Shown here: piece by piece, positions 1-9,845 of the stretch | Numbering within the stretch: position 1 is the first letter of the stretch | Layout of the letters: each line of letters opens with the position of its first letter | Assembly: GCA_045106935.1 (NCBI GenBank) | Contig: JBGCFN010000019.1 | Span: 20-64,019 of the forward strand | Origin: Gammaproteobacteria bacterium | Lineage (GTDB): Bacteria > Pseudomonadota > Gammaproteobacteria > UBA4575 | Length of the DNA: 64,000 nt | Direction: 5' to 3' | Translations under genes and position numbers: made by a program | Notes under the pieces: generated by a model | Seen by the model: the letters and a program-made list of their open reading frames with translations, nothing else | Databases searched by the model: none | Told to the model about the DNA's origin: nothing

Positions 1-717
1 TTGCAAGAAAACTTGCAGCATTGGTTGGATAATATTCATGTGTATAACACTATGTTAAATACACGAAAAGCACGTTATGAAGAGACGGCGCCTGCTGCAG
101 GTAAAACACTTAAGCGTTCTCAACTAAAACGTTTTCAAAAAAAATATAATGAATTATCTGAAAACTTAAATAAGGCAGAAGCAAATAATGATGTATTAGC
201 CTTTGTGAACGACAAAGAACTTTTAAGTCTTAAGCGAATTGAGCGCTTACAAAAGAAGTTAACCAAGTTAAATGAAGAATATCCATCTGAGCAGGAATAT
301 ATTGATGGTTTAGAACGTTTGAACATCCTTCGTGGGCGTATCTATTGGAATGTGTCTCAAGAATATTCGCAACGACAATGGCAAGCCAAAACCGAATTAA
401 TGACCATTGAGCAAGAAATTAGTAATTTAATTGATGTAGAAAGTTCGATTGCCACAGTTGATCAAGTTGCTAGTTTTGGGTTTGGTGGCTTCCAATATCG
501 CATTGATGAAATAAAGCAAAGAATCGAACAGACAATGCCTAGACTCGTGGTTGCTTACCAAAAACAGAGTGAGCTAATAGAAAGTCTTGCAGTGAGAGAG
601 TTGCATAATCGTAAATTAGTTATGAAGAGTTATCGTGCACAAGCGAAATTAGCTTTAGCGCAAGCGTACGACCAGGCGACTATCGATAACCCTGAAATTA
701 TTGGAGAAGAAGAATGA
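1..717 (+). CDS. 5'-truncated coiled-coil protein (enters window; possibly DUF3450/TtpB-like TonB-system accessory)
   Basis: The ORF runs from the window edge, so there is no start in the window. Heptad-rich, Lys/Glu/Gln-rich sequence. It sits first in a co-directional cluster ending in exbB-exbD-exbD-tonB. Confidence 0.45.
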   Translation: MQENLQHWLDNIHVYNTMLNTRKARYEETAPAAGKTLKRSQLKRFQKKYNELSENLNKAEANNDVLAFVNDKELLSLKRIERLQKKLTKLNEEYPSEQEYIDGLERLNILRGRIYWNVSQEYSQRQWQAKTELMTIEQEISNLIDVESSIATVDQVASFGFGGFQYRIDEIKQRIEQTMPRLVVAYQKQSELIESLAVRELHNRKLVMKSYRAQAKLALAQAYDQATIDNPEIIGEEE

Positions 718-3530
718 GGCATATTCGCTGCTATATCGTTTATGCATTAATCATCACTTTGCAAGCATGTGGTTGGGGTGGGGGTGCATATCATACTATT
801 GAAGATCTAGAACGTAAAAAAATCGATATAGAAAATGATATACCTGTCGAGAGTAGTCGCAAAAAGGCTATCCATAGTTATCGAGAGTTGTTAGTTGATG
901 AGGATCAAGAAAAAGATTCTCCCGTCGTTATACGCAGATTGGGTGATTTGAGACTTGAAGAAAATGAAGATTTACAAGCGGTTGATGTATCAAATCCTCA
1001 AATTGCAGAAAAATTTACAACGACTGATATAAATTATAAAGAAACAATTGAATTATACGAATACTTATTAGATGAAAAATCAGATTATCAATTAAATGAT
1101 GTTGTGCTCTATCAATTATCGCGAGCATATGAAGCTGCAGATGAACGTGAAAAAATGTTAGATAGTCTTGATCGATTAATTGCTAAATTTCCAGAGTCTG
1201 ATTACTACATTGAAGCACAATTTCGTCGTGGCGAAACGTTATTTGTAGATAAAAAATATAAACGTGCAGAATTAGCCTATGCTGAAGTGATCGAGCTAGG
1301 TAGAGATAGTCGTTTTTATAGACATGCGCTTTATAAGCAAGGCTGGTCTCATTTTAAAATGCTTGATTATGATGTGGGACTGCATTCATTTATAGCTTTG
1401 ATTGATACCATGGTAGTCGATGATGTTGAAAAAGATATTGAAGCATTGACGAGACCAGAAAAGGAATTGCTAGATGATTCATTACGGGCACTCGCATTAA
1501 GTTATGGCTACCTTGGAGGAGCGACTGAGATATCTAGTTATTTCAATGGATACGGCCGTAAACCGTATGAAGCGCTGATATATGATCGCTTAGGCAAGCA
1601 ATTTTTAGAAAAACAACGATTTAGTGATGCAGCAAATACATTTAGAGAATTTGTTGAGCATAATCCATTTAATCAACAAGCGCCTGATTTCCAAATTCGT
1701 GCTATAGATGCATTCAAGAAAGGCAAGTTTCCTTCAGAAGTTCTTAGCGCAAAGAAGCAATTTGTTGAGAATTATCATTTAAATTCAGAATACTGGTCGC
1801 ATAATAAGATTGAGGAAGCATCTCATGTGGTTGATTTTCTTAAATCCAACATTATCGATTTAGCTAAGTATTATCATGCAGTTGCTCAAAAATCCAAGAA
1901 AAAACCTGATTATATTGAAGCAACACGTTGGTATAAGGCATACATAGCTTCATTTCCTAAAGATCCTCATTCTGCGCATATGAATTTCTTGCTTGCTGAT
2001 ATTTGGTTTGAGACGAAAGAATATGAGAATGCAGTCGTTGAGTTTGAAAAGACTGCATATCAATATGCAGCGCATCCGAAAGATTCTGAAGCGGGTTATG
2101 CCGCGTTAGTTGCTTTTAATGATTGGTTGTCTTCTGAAAAAGAAAGCCAATTAAATGCATTAATTAAAACCAGGCAAATTGATAGTACTTTTAAATTTGC
2201 TAATAAATTTCCTCAACACCCTGAAGCGCCTGTCGCATTAACAAAAGCAGCTGAAGATTTATTCTCAACAAAGAATTATCGTCGTGCAATTGAGGCGTCT
2301 AGCTTGTTGGTTGAGAAGTTTCCTGACAGCGATACTAAGCTACGTAAAAGTGCTTGGACGGTTAAGGCGCATTCTTCATTTGAGTTAAGAGACTTTCCAA
2401 ACTCTGAGATTTCATATCAAAAAGCAATTTTGCTTGTGGATAATGATGTCAAAGAACGTAAGAAGTTAGAAGAAAAACTGGCTGCTTCTATTTATAAGCA
2501 AGGTGAAGCAAGTCAATTAGCTGGTGAGACTGACAAGGCTGTTGATCACTTCTTGCGTGTGGGCCAAATTGTGCCAGATTCAGAAATTCGTGCGACAGCA
2601 CAATATGATGCCGCAACATTACTACTGAAATCAGAACAATGGTCGCGTGCAGCGTCTGTCTTAGAAGACTTTAGAAGTCGTTTCCCGAATCATGAGGAGC
2701 AGTCTTCAATAACGCATAAGCTAGCATTGGTATATGAAAAAGATCAGCGTAATCTCTTGGCGGCGCAGGAATATGAAAGAATAAGTCTAGATAATTCAAA
2801 TGATATAGAGACTCAGCGTACATCAAGCTTGGTGGCAGCAGATTTATATACTAAAGAAAAAGATGATTATCGCGCAATTGAGATATATAAAAATTATATT
2901 AAACGCTTTCCACAACCTTATGAGGCTTCTCTAGAGGTACGTCAATCGTTAGTTGATTTATATTTGTCACGACAAGAAGATCAAGTGGTTAAGCAATGGC
3001 GTGAAGATATTATTAAATCTGAAGCGGCAGCAGGCAATGCCAGTACAGATCGTATGAAATTTATCGCGGCGAATGCTTCGCTACAGCTAGCCATTCCTAA
3101 ATACACCATATTCAATGCGAGCCGTTTGAAAATACCCCTTGAAACAAGCTTGAAAGTTAAGAAGCGCCTCATGGAAAGAGCGTTGACAGCATTTGAGCTC
3201 GCGGGTGCCTATAAGGTAGAAGAAGTCACTACTGCTGCAACTTACTATTCTGGCTTGATTTACTACGACTTTAGTCGTGCATTAATGCAATCTGATCGGC
3301 CTCGTGGACTATCTGAGGAAGAACTGGCGCAGTATGAATTTTTATTGGAAGAACAATCATTTCCATTTGAAGAGCAGGCGATTGACTTGTTTGAGCTAAA
3401 TGCACGTAGAACAACTGATGGTGTGTATAACAAGTGGATTCGTGAAAGCTTACGTGAACTAGGTGAACTTGTTCCAGCGAGATACGCAAGAACGGAAAAA
3501 TCAGAGAATTATGTGGAGACGATACATTAA
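714..3530 (+). CDS. 938-aa TPR-repeat lipoprotein
   Basis: N-terminal signal with lipobox (LQACGW). Repeated Tyr/Ala/Leu-rich ~34-aa units typical of TPR. Its start overlaps the upstream stop by 4 bp (ATGA), which suggests translational coupling. Confidence 0.7.
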   Translation: MRHIRCYIVYALIITLQACGWGGGAYHTIEDLERKKIDIENDIPVESSRKKAIHSYRELLVDEDQEKDSPVVIRRLGDLRLEENEDLQAVDVSNPQIAEKFTTTDINYKETIELYEYLLDEKSDYQLNDVVLYQLSRAYEAADEREKMLDSLDRLIAKFPESDYYIEAQFRRGETLFVDKKYKRAELAYAEVIELGRDSRFYRHALYKQGWSHFKMLDYDVGLHSFIALIDTMVVDDVEKDIEALTRPEKELLDDSLRALALSYGYLGGATEISSYFNGYGRKPYEALIYDRLGKQFLEKQRFSDAANTFREFVEHNPFNQQAPDFQIRAIDAFKKGKFPSEVLSAKKQFVENYHLNSEYWSHNKIEEASHVVDFLKSNIIDLAKYYHAVAQKSKKKPDYIEATRWYKAYIASFPKDPHSAHMNFLLADIWFETKEYENAVVEFEKTAYQYAAHPKDSEAGYAALVAFNDWLSSEKESQLNALIKTRQIDSTFKFANKFPQHPEAPVALTKAAEDLFSTKNYRRAIEASSLLVEKFPDSDTKLRKSAWTVKAHSSFELRDFPNSEISYQKAILLVDNDVKERKKLEEKLAASIYKQGEASQLAGETDKAVDHFLRVGQIVPDSEIRATAQYDAATLLLKSEQWSRAASVLEDFRSRFPNHEEQSSITHKLALVYEKDQRNLLAAQEYERISLDNSNDIETQRTSSLVAADLYTKEKDDYRAIEIYKNYIKRFPQPYEASLEVRQSLVDLYLSRQEDQVVKQWREDIIKSEAAAGNASTDRMKFIAANASLQLAIPKYTIFNASRLKIPLETSLKVKKRLMERALTAFELAGAYKVEEVTTAATYYSGLIYYDFSRALMQSDRPRGLSEEELAQYEFLLEEQSFPFEEQAIDLFELNARRTTDGVYNKWIRESLRELGELVPARYARTEKSENYVETIH

Positions 3531-4140
3531 TATTAAAGTCTTATTTCTAGGCCTTGCTACAGTGCTGTTATCAGCCTGTAACACTATGCCTGAGAAAGTG
3601 TCATCTGCCTCACAGAAAGAGAAAGATGCCTCTAAGGCTGTTGTCGTCAAGCAGGACTATAAAATATCTGCATCGCTTGAACAGCAGTTTGGTTTTGGCG
3701 TGGAAGCAATGGTTGCTGAAAATTACCCGCAAGCGATTGAGATTTTTAAAAGAGTTGCTCAAAAAGAGCCTCGTGCATCCGGTCCATGGGTCAATATAGC
3801 GATTGCCTATCGTAAGCTAGACCAAATAGATAAGGCCGATGAGGCGATTGAAACAGCCGTTAAGTTAAATCCAAAGAATCCTTATGCATTAAATCAGGCA
3901 GGCATCATTAAGCGTGAGCAAGGTGACTTTGAACAAGCTCAGACCCTGTATAAGAGTGCACTCGCCGAGTATCCGAATTACTCAAACGCTCATCTAAATT
4001 TAGCTATTTTATGTGACCTATATTTACAGAAAATAGTATGTGCGAAATCTCATTATCAAGCATATCAAGAGATTGAAAAAAATGACGATAAACAAGTCAT
4101 CGCTTGGATGAGTGCTTTGTCTCGAAGAGAGAGCAAATAA
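3511..4140 (+). CDS. TPR-repeat lipoprotein (~209 aa from internal ATG; the ORF track begins at GTG 3463)
   Basis: MWRRYINIKVLFLGLATVLLSAC is a lipoprotein signal. TPR-like repeats follow (AIAYRKLDQIDKADEAIETAVKLNPKNPYALNQAGII...). An ATG start at 3511 trims the overlap with the upstream gene to about 20 bp. Confidence 0.65.
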   Translation: MWRRYINIKVLFLGLATVLLSACNTMPEKVSSASQKEKDASKAVVVKQDYKISASLEQQFGFGVEAMVAENYPQAIEIFKRVAQKEPRASGPWVNIAIAYRKLDQIDKADEAIETAVKLNPKNPYALNQAGIIKREQGDFEQAQTLYKSALAEYPNYSNAHLNLAILCDLYLQKIVCAKSHYQAYQEIEKNDDKQVIAWMSALSRRESK

Positions 4141-4161
4141 AATAATGGTGGAGTTGAGGTA

Positions 4162-4422
4162 ATGAAAATCTTCTTACTGATACTGGTCTGTTTATCAATG
4201 CAAGGAATTACATTGGCAGATCAGAATGTACAAGAGTTAAACGGTATCTCAATTATTGGCAATAAAGAACTGCCAAAAAGTCTAGTCATTGTTCCTTGGA
4301 AAGCGTCATTGCCAGGAGAAGGTGATTTTTTTCTACAACGTCATATTAATGAATATATACAGCCAGTGGATAAGGAAGTATTTAGACGTAAAGTAGATTT
4401 TTATCAGCAAAGTAAAAAATAA
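4162..4422 (+). CDS. small secreted protein of unknown function (86 aa)
   Basis: Sec signal peptide (MKIFLLILVCLSMQGITLA), same strand and tight spacing within the cluster. No family recognised. Confidence 0.45.
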   Translation: MKIFLLILVCLSMQGITLADQNVQELNGISIIGNKELPKSLVIVPWKASLPGEGDFFLQRHINEYIQPVDKEVFRRKVDFYQQSKK

Positions 4423-4451
4423 TTTTACGATTTATGTAATAGGGAGCCCTA

Positions 4452-5108
4452 ATGAGCATGTATGAATCTTTTGTAACATTTTTTCAATCCGGTGGATTTT
4501 TTATGATTCCAATCGTATTTGTATTGGCCATAGGTCTTGCTATTGCGATTGAAAGATATATCTATCTTTCTTCTACGCGAGTTAAAAATCAAATTGCTTG
4601 GAAGAAAATTCAAACAGTATTAGCCAGTGGCAATATGAACGAAGCAATGAATTTTGCTGAAAAATCAAAATGCGCAATTAGTCGTATTATGAGTTATGGC
4701 ATTACAAGCTCTCAAACATCACGTCGTCGTGATGATATTGAAACAGCAATGGAAGAAGGTTTAATGGAAGTAGTGCCAAAATTAGAAAAACGAACTCATT
4801 ATTTGGCAACGTTTGCGAATGTAGCGACATTGCTAGGATTGCTCGGAACAATTATTGGACTAATTGATGCATTTACAGCGATTTCTGCGGCAAGTCCTGC
4901 AGAAAAAGCAGATTTACTTTCTTCAAGTATTTCAGTGGCGATGAACACAACTGCTTTCGGTTTAATGGTGGGTATTCCGTTATTGTTATTGCATTCTTGG
5001 TTACAAACTAAAACGACTGAAATTGTCGATAGTTTGGAAATGGCATCTGTGAAGGTGTTGAATTCAATTACTAATAACGCACGTAAGCAAGCTGAAGCTT
5101 CAGCTTAA
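4452..5108 (+). CDS. exbB: MotA/TolQ/ExbB proton-channel family protein
   Basis: 218 aa with three predicted TM helices. The conserved C-terminal region has TAFGLMVGIPLLL, and ExbD genes follow directly. Confidence 0.85.
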   Translation: MSMYESFVTFFQSGGFFMIPIVFVLAIGLAIAIERYIYLSSTRVKNQIAWKKIQTVLASGNMNEAMNFAEKSKCAISRIMSYGITSSQTSRRRDDIETAMEEGLMEVVPKLEKRTHYLATFANVATLLGLLGTIIGLIDAFTAISAASPAEKADLLSSSISVAMNTTAFGLMVGIPLLLLHSWLQTKTTEIVDSLEMASVKVLNSITNNARKQAEASA

Positions 5109-5123
5109 ACGGTAGTAAACATA

Positions 5124-5630
5124 ATGAGATCTAGACGTTTCAGAAGTAGACGTAACAAAGAAGAAGCTGAACTCAGTATTACTGCGTTCATGAATCTAAT
5201 GGTTATTTTGGTTCCGTTTTTGTTAATAACAGCAGTATTTTCCAAGATTAGTATTTTGGAATTAGATTTGCCGTCGAAATCAGATGTAGTTAAAAACAAT
5301 GTTAAGAAATTAGAGCTAGAGATTGTTGTGCGTGAAAATTCCTTGCGTGTACAAGATCGTAATAAAGGTGCACTCAAAACAATTAAAAATACAAAGCAGG
5401 GTTACCAGTTAACGGTACTTAATGATTATTTGCAGGGGTTGAAATCTAAGTATCAAGATATCAATAACGCAACAATACTATTAGAGCCTGATATTACATA
5501 CGATATGCTCGTGCAGATCATGGATTCTGTCAGAGCCGCTGAAGTTGAAAAAGACGGTGAAGTAGTATTTGCAGATTTGTTCCCAGATATCGCTGTGGGT
5601 GATGCCCCAGTGTATACGGCAGGTAGATAG
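5124..5630 (+). CDS. exbD: ExbD/TolR biopolymer transport protein (paralog 1)
   Basis: 168 aa with N-terminal basic region then a single TM (ITAFMNLMVILVPFLLITAVF) and periplasmic domain. This is the ExbD/TolR architecture. Confidence 0.8.
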   Translation: MRSRRFRSRRNKEEAELSITAFMNLMVILVPFLLITAVFSKISILELDLPSKSDVVKNNVKKLELEIVVRENSLRVQDRNKGALKTIKNTKQGYQLTVLNDYLQGLKSKYQDINNATILLEPDITYDMLVQIMDSVRAAEVEKDGEVVFADLFPDIAVGDAPVYTAGR

Positions 5631-5632
5631 TT

Positions 5633-6136
5633 ATGCGTGGTAAAAAAACTGTAAAAAGAATGCAGCGCAATCATGATCGCGCAAAGAAGCAAGCACCATT
5701 CAATATTGTTTCTTTGATGGATATTTTTACGATCCTTGTGTTTTTCTTGTTGGTCAATGCGTCGGATCCTACTGTATTGCCAAATGCAAAGGGCATTGAA
5801 ATGCCTCAGTCGATGGCTGAGAAAAAACCGCGTGTGTCAGTTGTATTAATGTTGAGTCAAGACGATATTAGTTTGCAGGGTGAGAAAGTCGTGAGCTCAG
5901 ATAATATTACAGGCAATAAAAAATCTGAAGTTCAAAAATTACAAATTGCATTACAAGAAGAAATACTAAAAGTGCATGCGGATATCAAAGAAGGCGAGAA
6001 AAAAGAAATTACAATTATGGGTGATAAAAGTGTTCCATTCAGCTTAATTAAACAAGTCATGCAGATTTGTTCAAGTGCTGGATTCGAGCAAATCTCATTA
6101 TCAGTTATCCAAAGAGAATCTACTCAAGCAAGTTAA
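5633..6136 (+). CDS. exbD: ExbD/TolR biopolymer transport protein (paralog 2)
   Basis: 167 aa, single TM (NIVSLMDIFTILVFFLLV) and a C-terminal periplasmic domain. Its start is adjacent to the stop of the previous exbD. Confidence 0.8.
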   Translation: MRGKKTVKRMQRNHDRAKKQAPFNIVSLMDIFTILVFFLLVNASDPTVLPNAKGIEMPQSMAEKKPRVSVVLMLSQDDISLQGEKVVSSDNITGNKKSEVQKLQIALQEEILKVHADIKEGEKKEITIMGDKSVPFSLIKQVMQICSSAGFEQISLSVIQRESTQAS

Positions 6137-6140
6137 GGTT

Positions 6141-7127
6141 ATGACAGCAGCAGCCGTATATTCATGGCGTCTCCCTTGGGAGGTGTCAACAGTAGAAAAG
6201 ACAAGATTTAAACGCATCTTAAACCGCGTGACTATGACTTGTCTGGTGTTAACATTAATTATTCCTTTCTTACCTTTGCCTGAGAAAGAAACTCCAATTG
6301 AAGATAAACAAGAGAAAAGAGTAGTCAAAATACTCATTGAGAAAAAACTACCACCTCCGCCACCTATTGTTAAAAACGTGGAGCCTCAAAAGCTTAAGAA
6401 GCCTGTCAAAACAACTAAGCCTAAAGCAATAAAGAAAGTTCAAGAAAAGAAAATTGCTAAAGCAGCTCATAAACCTGTGCCACAAAAGAAAGTGGCTCCT
6501 GCGCCACCTAAAAAGTCTGCAAAAGAAGTCGCTGCTGGATCAGGATTGTTAGCCTTTCAAAATGAATTAGCTGATATTAGTAAAAATACAACTTCACAAG
6601 CCTTAGGCGAACGGTCGTTGAACAATAGTGGTGGTTCTGCATCAAGAATTGAGCGTTCACTAGTCACCAAAAACACTGGCAAGGGGAGTGGAGGAATTAA
6701 TACCGCATCACTTAGCCGAGATGTTTCCGGAACTGGCTTAGGTGGAAGAACTGCAAGTCGAGTGTCTGGACCTTCAGGTATGGGTGCGGGTGAAGGCGGT
6801 TCTGGAACTGGTAGTAGTGATGGCATTGGGCGAGCAGCACAACGTGATTTAGAGAAAATTCAAATTACATTTGATCGGAACAAGAGTGCAATCTTTAGTA
6901 TGTACAATCGTGCACTTCGATCAACACCAGAACTTCAAGGCAAGGTGGTTTTGAAGATATCTATTGCTCCATCAGGGAAGGTGACTGACGTGTCTATCGT
7001 CAGTAGTGAATTAGCAGATACGGAACTCGAGAAGAAACTAATACAACGCGTAAAATTGATCAATTTTGGATCTGAAGATGTTCCAGTATTTACATTCAAC
7101 TATCCGATCGACTTTTACCCGGTTTAG
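6141..7127 (+). CDS. tonB: TonB-family energy transducer with long Pro/Lys-rich and Gly/Ser-rich linker
   Basis: N-terminal TM (TCLVLTLIIPFLPL), PPPPPIVK and KP/KK-rich spacer, and a C-terminal TonB-like domain (KVVLKISIAPSGKVTDVSIVSS...). The ATG at 6141 is preceded by AAGGTT and avoids the 62-bp overlap implied by the ORF-track start at 6075. Confidence 0.7.
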   Translation: MTAAAVYSWRLPWEVSTVEKTRFKRILNRVTMTCLVLTLIIPFLPLPEKETPIEDKQEKRVVKILIEKKLPPPPPIVKNVEPQKLKKPVKTTKPKAIKKVQEKKIAKAAHKPVPQKKVAPAPPKKSAKEVAAGSGLLAFQNELADISKNTTSQALGERSLNNSGGSASRIERSLVTKNTGKGSGGINTASLSRDVSGTGLGGRTASRVSGPSGMGAGEGGSGTGSSDGIGRAAQRDLEKIQITFDRNKSAIFSMYNRALRSTPELQGKVVLKISIAPSGKVTDVSIVSSELADTELEKKLIQRVKLINFGSEDVPVFTFNYPIDFYPV

Positions 7128-7167
7128 TCTACACGGGCTTATAATTGCGATCTTATCGTTTGCTGTG

Positions 7168-7761
7168 ATGCTTCCGGTGGCTTCAAGTGCGCCACTTAAA
7201 TTAGCAAATTTTGAATTAAGCGGAGTTGTTATGAATAACTCCGATTCTCTTGCTGTATTATTTGATAAAGAAAAACGTCATGAATTAGTACTTCGTGTAG
7301 GTGACGTTGTTGCAGGTTGTGTACTTGATTACGTGCGCCGCAGTCGCGTTAGTTTTTACTGTAACGATCAAATTTTAACATTAACTTTACGAAGTTTGAG
7401 TATTGATATTACATCGACTGAGGGTAAAGACGTATGGTCTCCGCCCGTGACAATTTCTAATGAGAATCGTCAGCAATTATTTGATCAACCTGAAAATTTC
7501 ATCACCTCATTTAATCTAGTTCCACATATGCAGGATGGACAACTTGCGGCATATGAGGTTAAAAATATCCCTGAAGAAGATGTGTCGCAATCATTAGATC
7601 TGCAAAAAGGTGATTTAATTGTTGCATTGAATGGAGTGGCTGCAACTAATGCGGAAGAATTTTCGGAAGCATTCGAACAGATTAAATTTACTCAATCGAT
7701 TGATATTGAGTTAATTCGAGATGATGTTCGTTACTATAAAAATTATTTGCTACAACGATAG
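7168..7761 (+). CDS. membrane-anchored PDZ-domain protein (GspC-like architecture)
   Basis: N-terminal TM (LPVASSAPLKLANF region) and a C-terminal PDZ-like segment (GDLIVALNGVAATNAEEFSEAFEQI...IELIRDD). The start is uncertain; the ORF track gives 7066, which overlaps tonB. Confidence 0.4.
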   Translation: MLPVASSAPLKLANFELSGVVMNNSDSLAVLFDKEKRHELVLRVGDVVAGCVLDYVRRSRVSFYCNDQILTLTLRSLSIDITSTEGKDVWSPPVTISNENRQQLFDQPENFITSFNLVPHMQDGQLAAYEVKNIPEEDVSQSLDLQKGDLIVALNGVAATNAEEFSEAFEQIKFTQSIDIELIRDDVRYYKNYLLQR

Positions 7762-7775
7762 TTGCATAGAGTGAG

Positions 7776-8318
7776 TTAAGCTGACTTTATTAATACGTAT
7801 ACTGCGCCTGTCCCTCCGTCTGCGGGCCTTGCAGAACAAAAAGCTAAAATTTCATCACGTCTTTGTAGCCATTGATTAACTAGTGGCTTGATCACTGGGC
7901 CTTGGTTGCTTGATCCATAGCCTTTGCCATGAATAATTCTTACACAGCGTATCCCATATTCGCGACACTCGTTAATAAACTCATTTAATTGTTGTTGTGC
8001 TTCTAGTCTTGTTAAGCCATGTAGATCTAGTTCAGCTTCAATACTGTACTGCCCACGCTTAAGTTTTCTAAAAACTTGTTTTTGTATGCCAGCTTTAACA
8101 TAAGAAAGGCTATCACCGGCTTGCATATCTTCATGCTCATTAGGGCTAACTAATAATTCTTGCATGACTTTTTGTTCGTCACGATGAGATTGCTGTGGGA
8201 CAGGGCGTGGTTTTGGTGTCTCATGGACGACTTTATTTTGATTAGATAAAACCTTCACATTATCCAGTAGCTCAGCAAAACTGGGTGAATCATTTTGGCT
8301 TTTTTTATCATCTGACAT
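7776..8318 (-). CDS. smrA: Smr-domain DNA endonuclease (SmrA-like)
   Basis: C-terminal Smr domain (LDLHGLTRLEAQQQL...IIHGKGYGS...GGTGAVYV). The ORF extends to 8420, but the start at M35 (8318) gives a typical ~180-aa size. Confidence 0.7.
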   Translation of the reverse strand: MSDDKKSQNDSPSFAELLDNVKVLSNQNKVVHETPKPRPVPQQSHRDEQKVMQELLVSPNEHEDMQAGDSLSYVKAGIQKQVFRKLKRGQYSIEAELDLHGLTRLEAQQQLNEFINECREYGIRCVRIIHGKGYGSSNQGPVIKPLVNQWLQRRDEILAFCSARPADGGTGAVYVLIKSA

Positions 8319-8422
8319 GAGATTATTATCAAGAAAATTATTACTACGAAGCTTAGGCAATTGCCTGTTATTATAAGTGAATTTTATATTCCAGATAGTA
8401 CACTTTTTACTCAAATACATGC

Positions 8423-9184
8423 ATGCATCTTTTACTTAGTAATGACGATGGTTACCAGGCACCAGGCTTAGTGGCGCTAGCCCAATCGCTTAGCAATATT
8501 GCCAAAATAAGCGTGGTAGCGCCTCATATTGACCGAAGTGCTGCGAGTAATTCACTGACGCTACAAACCCCTCTGCGTGCCAATGAAGTGAAATCAGGCT
8601 GGTATAAGGTGGATGGAACACCTACCGACTGTGTCCATTTAGGCCTCACAGGATTACTACAGGATGTGCCAGATATGGTGGTATCTGGAATTAATGCTGG
8701 GCCTAATTTGGGGGATGACGTGATTTATTCAGGAACAGTTGCCGCGGCGATTGAAGGGCGGCATCTTGGTTTCCCCGCGGTTGCCGTGTCAATTAACTCA
8801 TTTCAAGCAAAACATTTTGAGACGGCGGCGGTCGTGACAAAAAACCTAGTGCAACGATTAATAAATAAGCCGTTACCTAAAGATACTATTCTCAATGTGA
8901 ATGTTCCTGATGTGCCATTAGCCGATATACGTGGCGTGCAAACAACAAGATTGGGTAATCGACATAAGTCCGAGCCTGCCGTAGCGTCTAAAGATCCTAG
9001 AGGAAAAACAATTTATTGGGTGGGTGCTGCTGGCCCCGAACAAGATGCTGGACCAGGCACAGATTTTCATGCTGTCAGTGAAAACTATGTGTCTGTATCT
9101 CCTATTCATGTTGATCTTACTGAGTACAAGGCAATGGATCTGCTTAGTAGTTGGTTAAGTAACTGCGAGATCAATAATGAATAA
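8423..9184 (+). CDS. surE: 5'/3'-nucleotidase SurE
   Basis: [17 protein letters not shown]-terminus and the [25 protein letters not shown] motif. Canonical position upstream of pcm. Confidence 0.9.
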   Translation: MHLLLSNDDGYQAPGLVALAQSLSNIAKISVVAPHIDRSAASNSLTLQTPLRANEVKSGWYKVDGTPTDCVHLGLTGLLQDVPDMVVSGINAGPNLGDDVIYSGTVAAAIEGRHLGFPAVAVSINSFQAKHFETAAVVTKNLVQRLINKPLPKDTILNVNVPDVPLADIRGVQTTRLGNRHKSEPAVASKDPRGKTIYWVGAAGPEQDAGPGTDFHAVSENYVSVSPIHVDLTEYKAMDLLSSWLSNCEINNE

Positions 9185-9833
9185 AAATATCCAAGGCATA
9201 GGGATGACTTCGCAACGTACACGCGATCGCTTGATTGAACGTTTACGAGCAAAAGGTATTCGCAATATCACTGTTCTTGAAGCAATGCGATCATTGCCTA
9301 GGCATTTATTTGTTGATGAAGCATTAGCCACGCGAGCTTATGAAGACGATGCCTTACCAATCGGGCATAAACAAACAATCTCTCAGCCTTATATTGTGGC
9401 GAGGATGACAGAAGCATTAATTGCCGAAGGTGTTCCCAGTAAGGTGTTAGAAATTGGCACAGGCTCAGGTTATCAAGCTGCATTGCTCGCTCACATTGTA
9501 GAAAAAGTGTACACGGTCGAGTTGGTCAAGCCCCTACATCAACAGGCACGTAAGCTACTCATGTCGCTGGGGTTGAGAAATGTTCAATGCAAACTGTCTG
9601 ATGGTACCTGGGGGTGGGAAAATTATGCGCCTTTTGATGCAATCATCGTGACTGCCGCAGCGCCTGAAATTCCCACATCACTAATTAATCAGTTAGCTAT
9701 TGGTGGTCGATTAATTATTCCTGTCGGTGCACAGGATAGTACACAACAGCTTTTGACATTGAAGAGAACAAACGAAGGCGTCACACAAGAAAAATTAGAA
9801 GACGTTTCATTTGTTCCTTTTGTTCGTGGATAA
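9177..9833 (+). CDS. pcm: protein-L-isoaspartate O-methyltransferase
   Basis: SAM-binding [16 protein letters not shown] motif, 218 aa, overlaps the surE stop. Classic surE-pcm operon. Confidence 0.9.
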   Translation: MNKNIQGIGMTSQRTRDRLIERLRAKGIRNITVLEAMRSLPRHLFVDEALATRAYEDDALPIGHKQTISQPYIVARMTEALIAEGVPSKVLEIGTGSGYQAALLAHIVEKVYTVELVKPLHQQARKLLMSLGLRNVQCKLSDGTWGWENYAPFDAIIVTAAAPEIPTSLINQLAIGGRLIIPVGAQDSTQQLLTLKRTNEGVTQEKLEDVSFVPFVRG

Positions 9834-9845
9834 ATACAAAGCAAA

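Noticed and set aside
135-326. Short antisense ORFs inside confidently called genes. Examples: 135-326, 2981-3172, 3271-3489, 3554-3799, 5105-5377, 5453-5692, 6101-6337, 6557-6826, 8918-9109, 9298-9483, 9689-9988, 10205-10405, 10655-10843, 12658-12840, 13290-13475, 14117-14326, 14851-15069, 15902-16096, 16751-16942, 18850-19101, 19083-19289, 19405-19590, 23817-24119, 25854-26156, 27397-27675, 28390-28578, 28822-29010, 29789-30046, 30109-30294, 30213-30413, 30603-30899, 30918-31166, 34464-34652, 34782-34982, 36126-36380, 38942-39127, 41986-42171, 43348-43599, 47153-47365, 49185-49427, 51095-51295, 51395-51658, 51462-51692, 52444-52689, 52993-53226, 53245-53454, 58976-59203, 62277-62552, 62402-62611, 63316-63564.
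   Set aside because: Each lies wholly within, or opposite to, a longer ORF that has clear family-level motifs. They have low-complexity or atypical composition and no RBS or family signature. They are treated as frame shadows.
3463-3510. GTG start at 3463 for the second TPR lipoprotein (68-bp overlap with the upstream gene)
   Set aside because: The internal ATG at 3511 directly precedes a textbook lipoprotein signal and gives a more plausible gene boundary. The longer N-terminus is hydrophilic and unlikely to be real.
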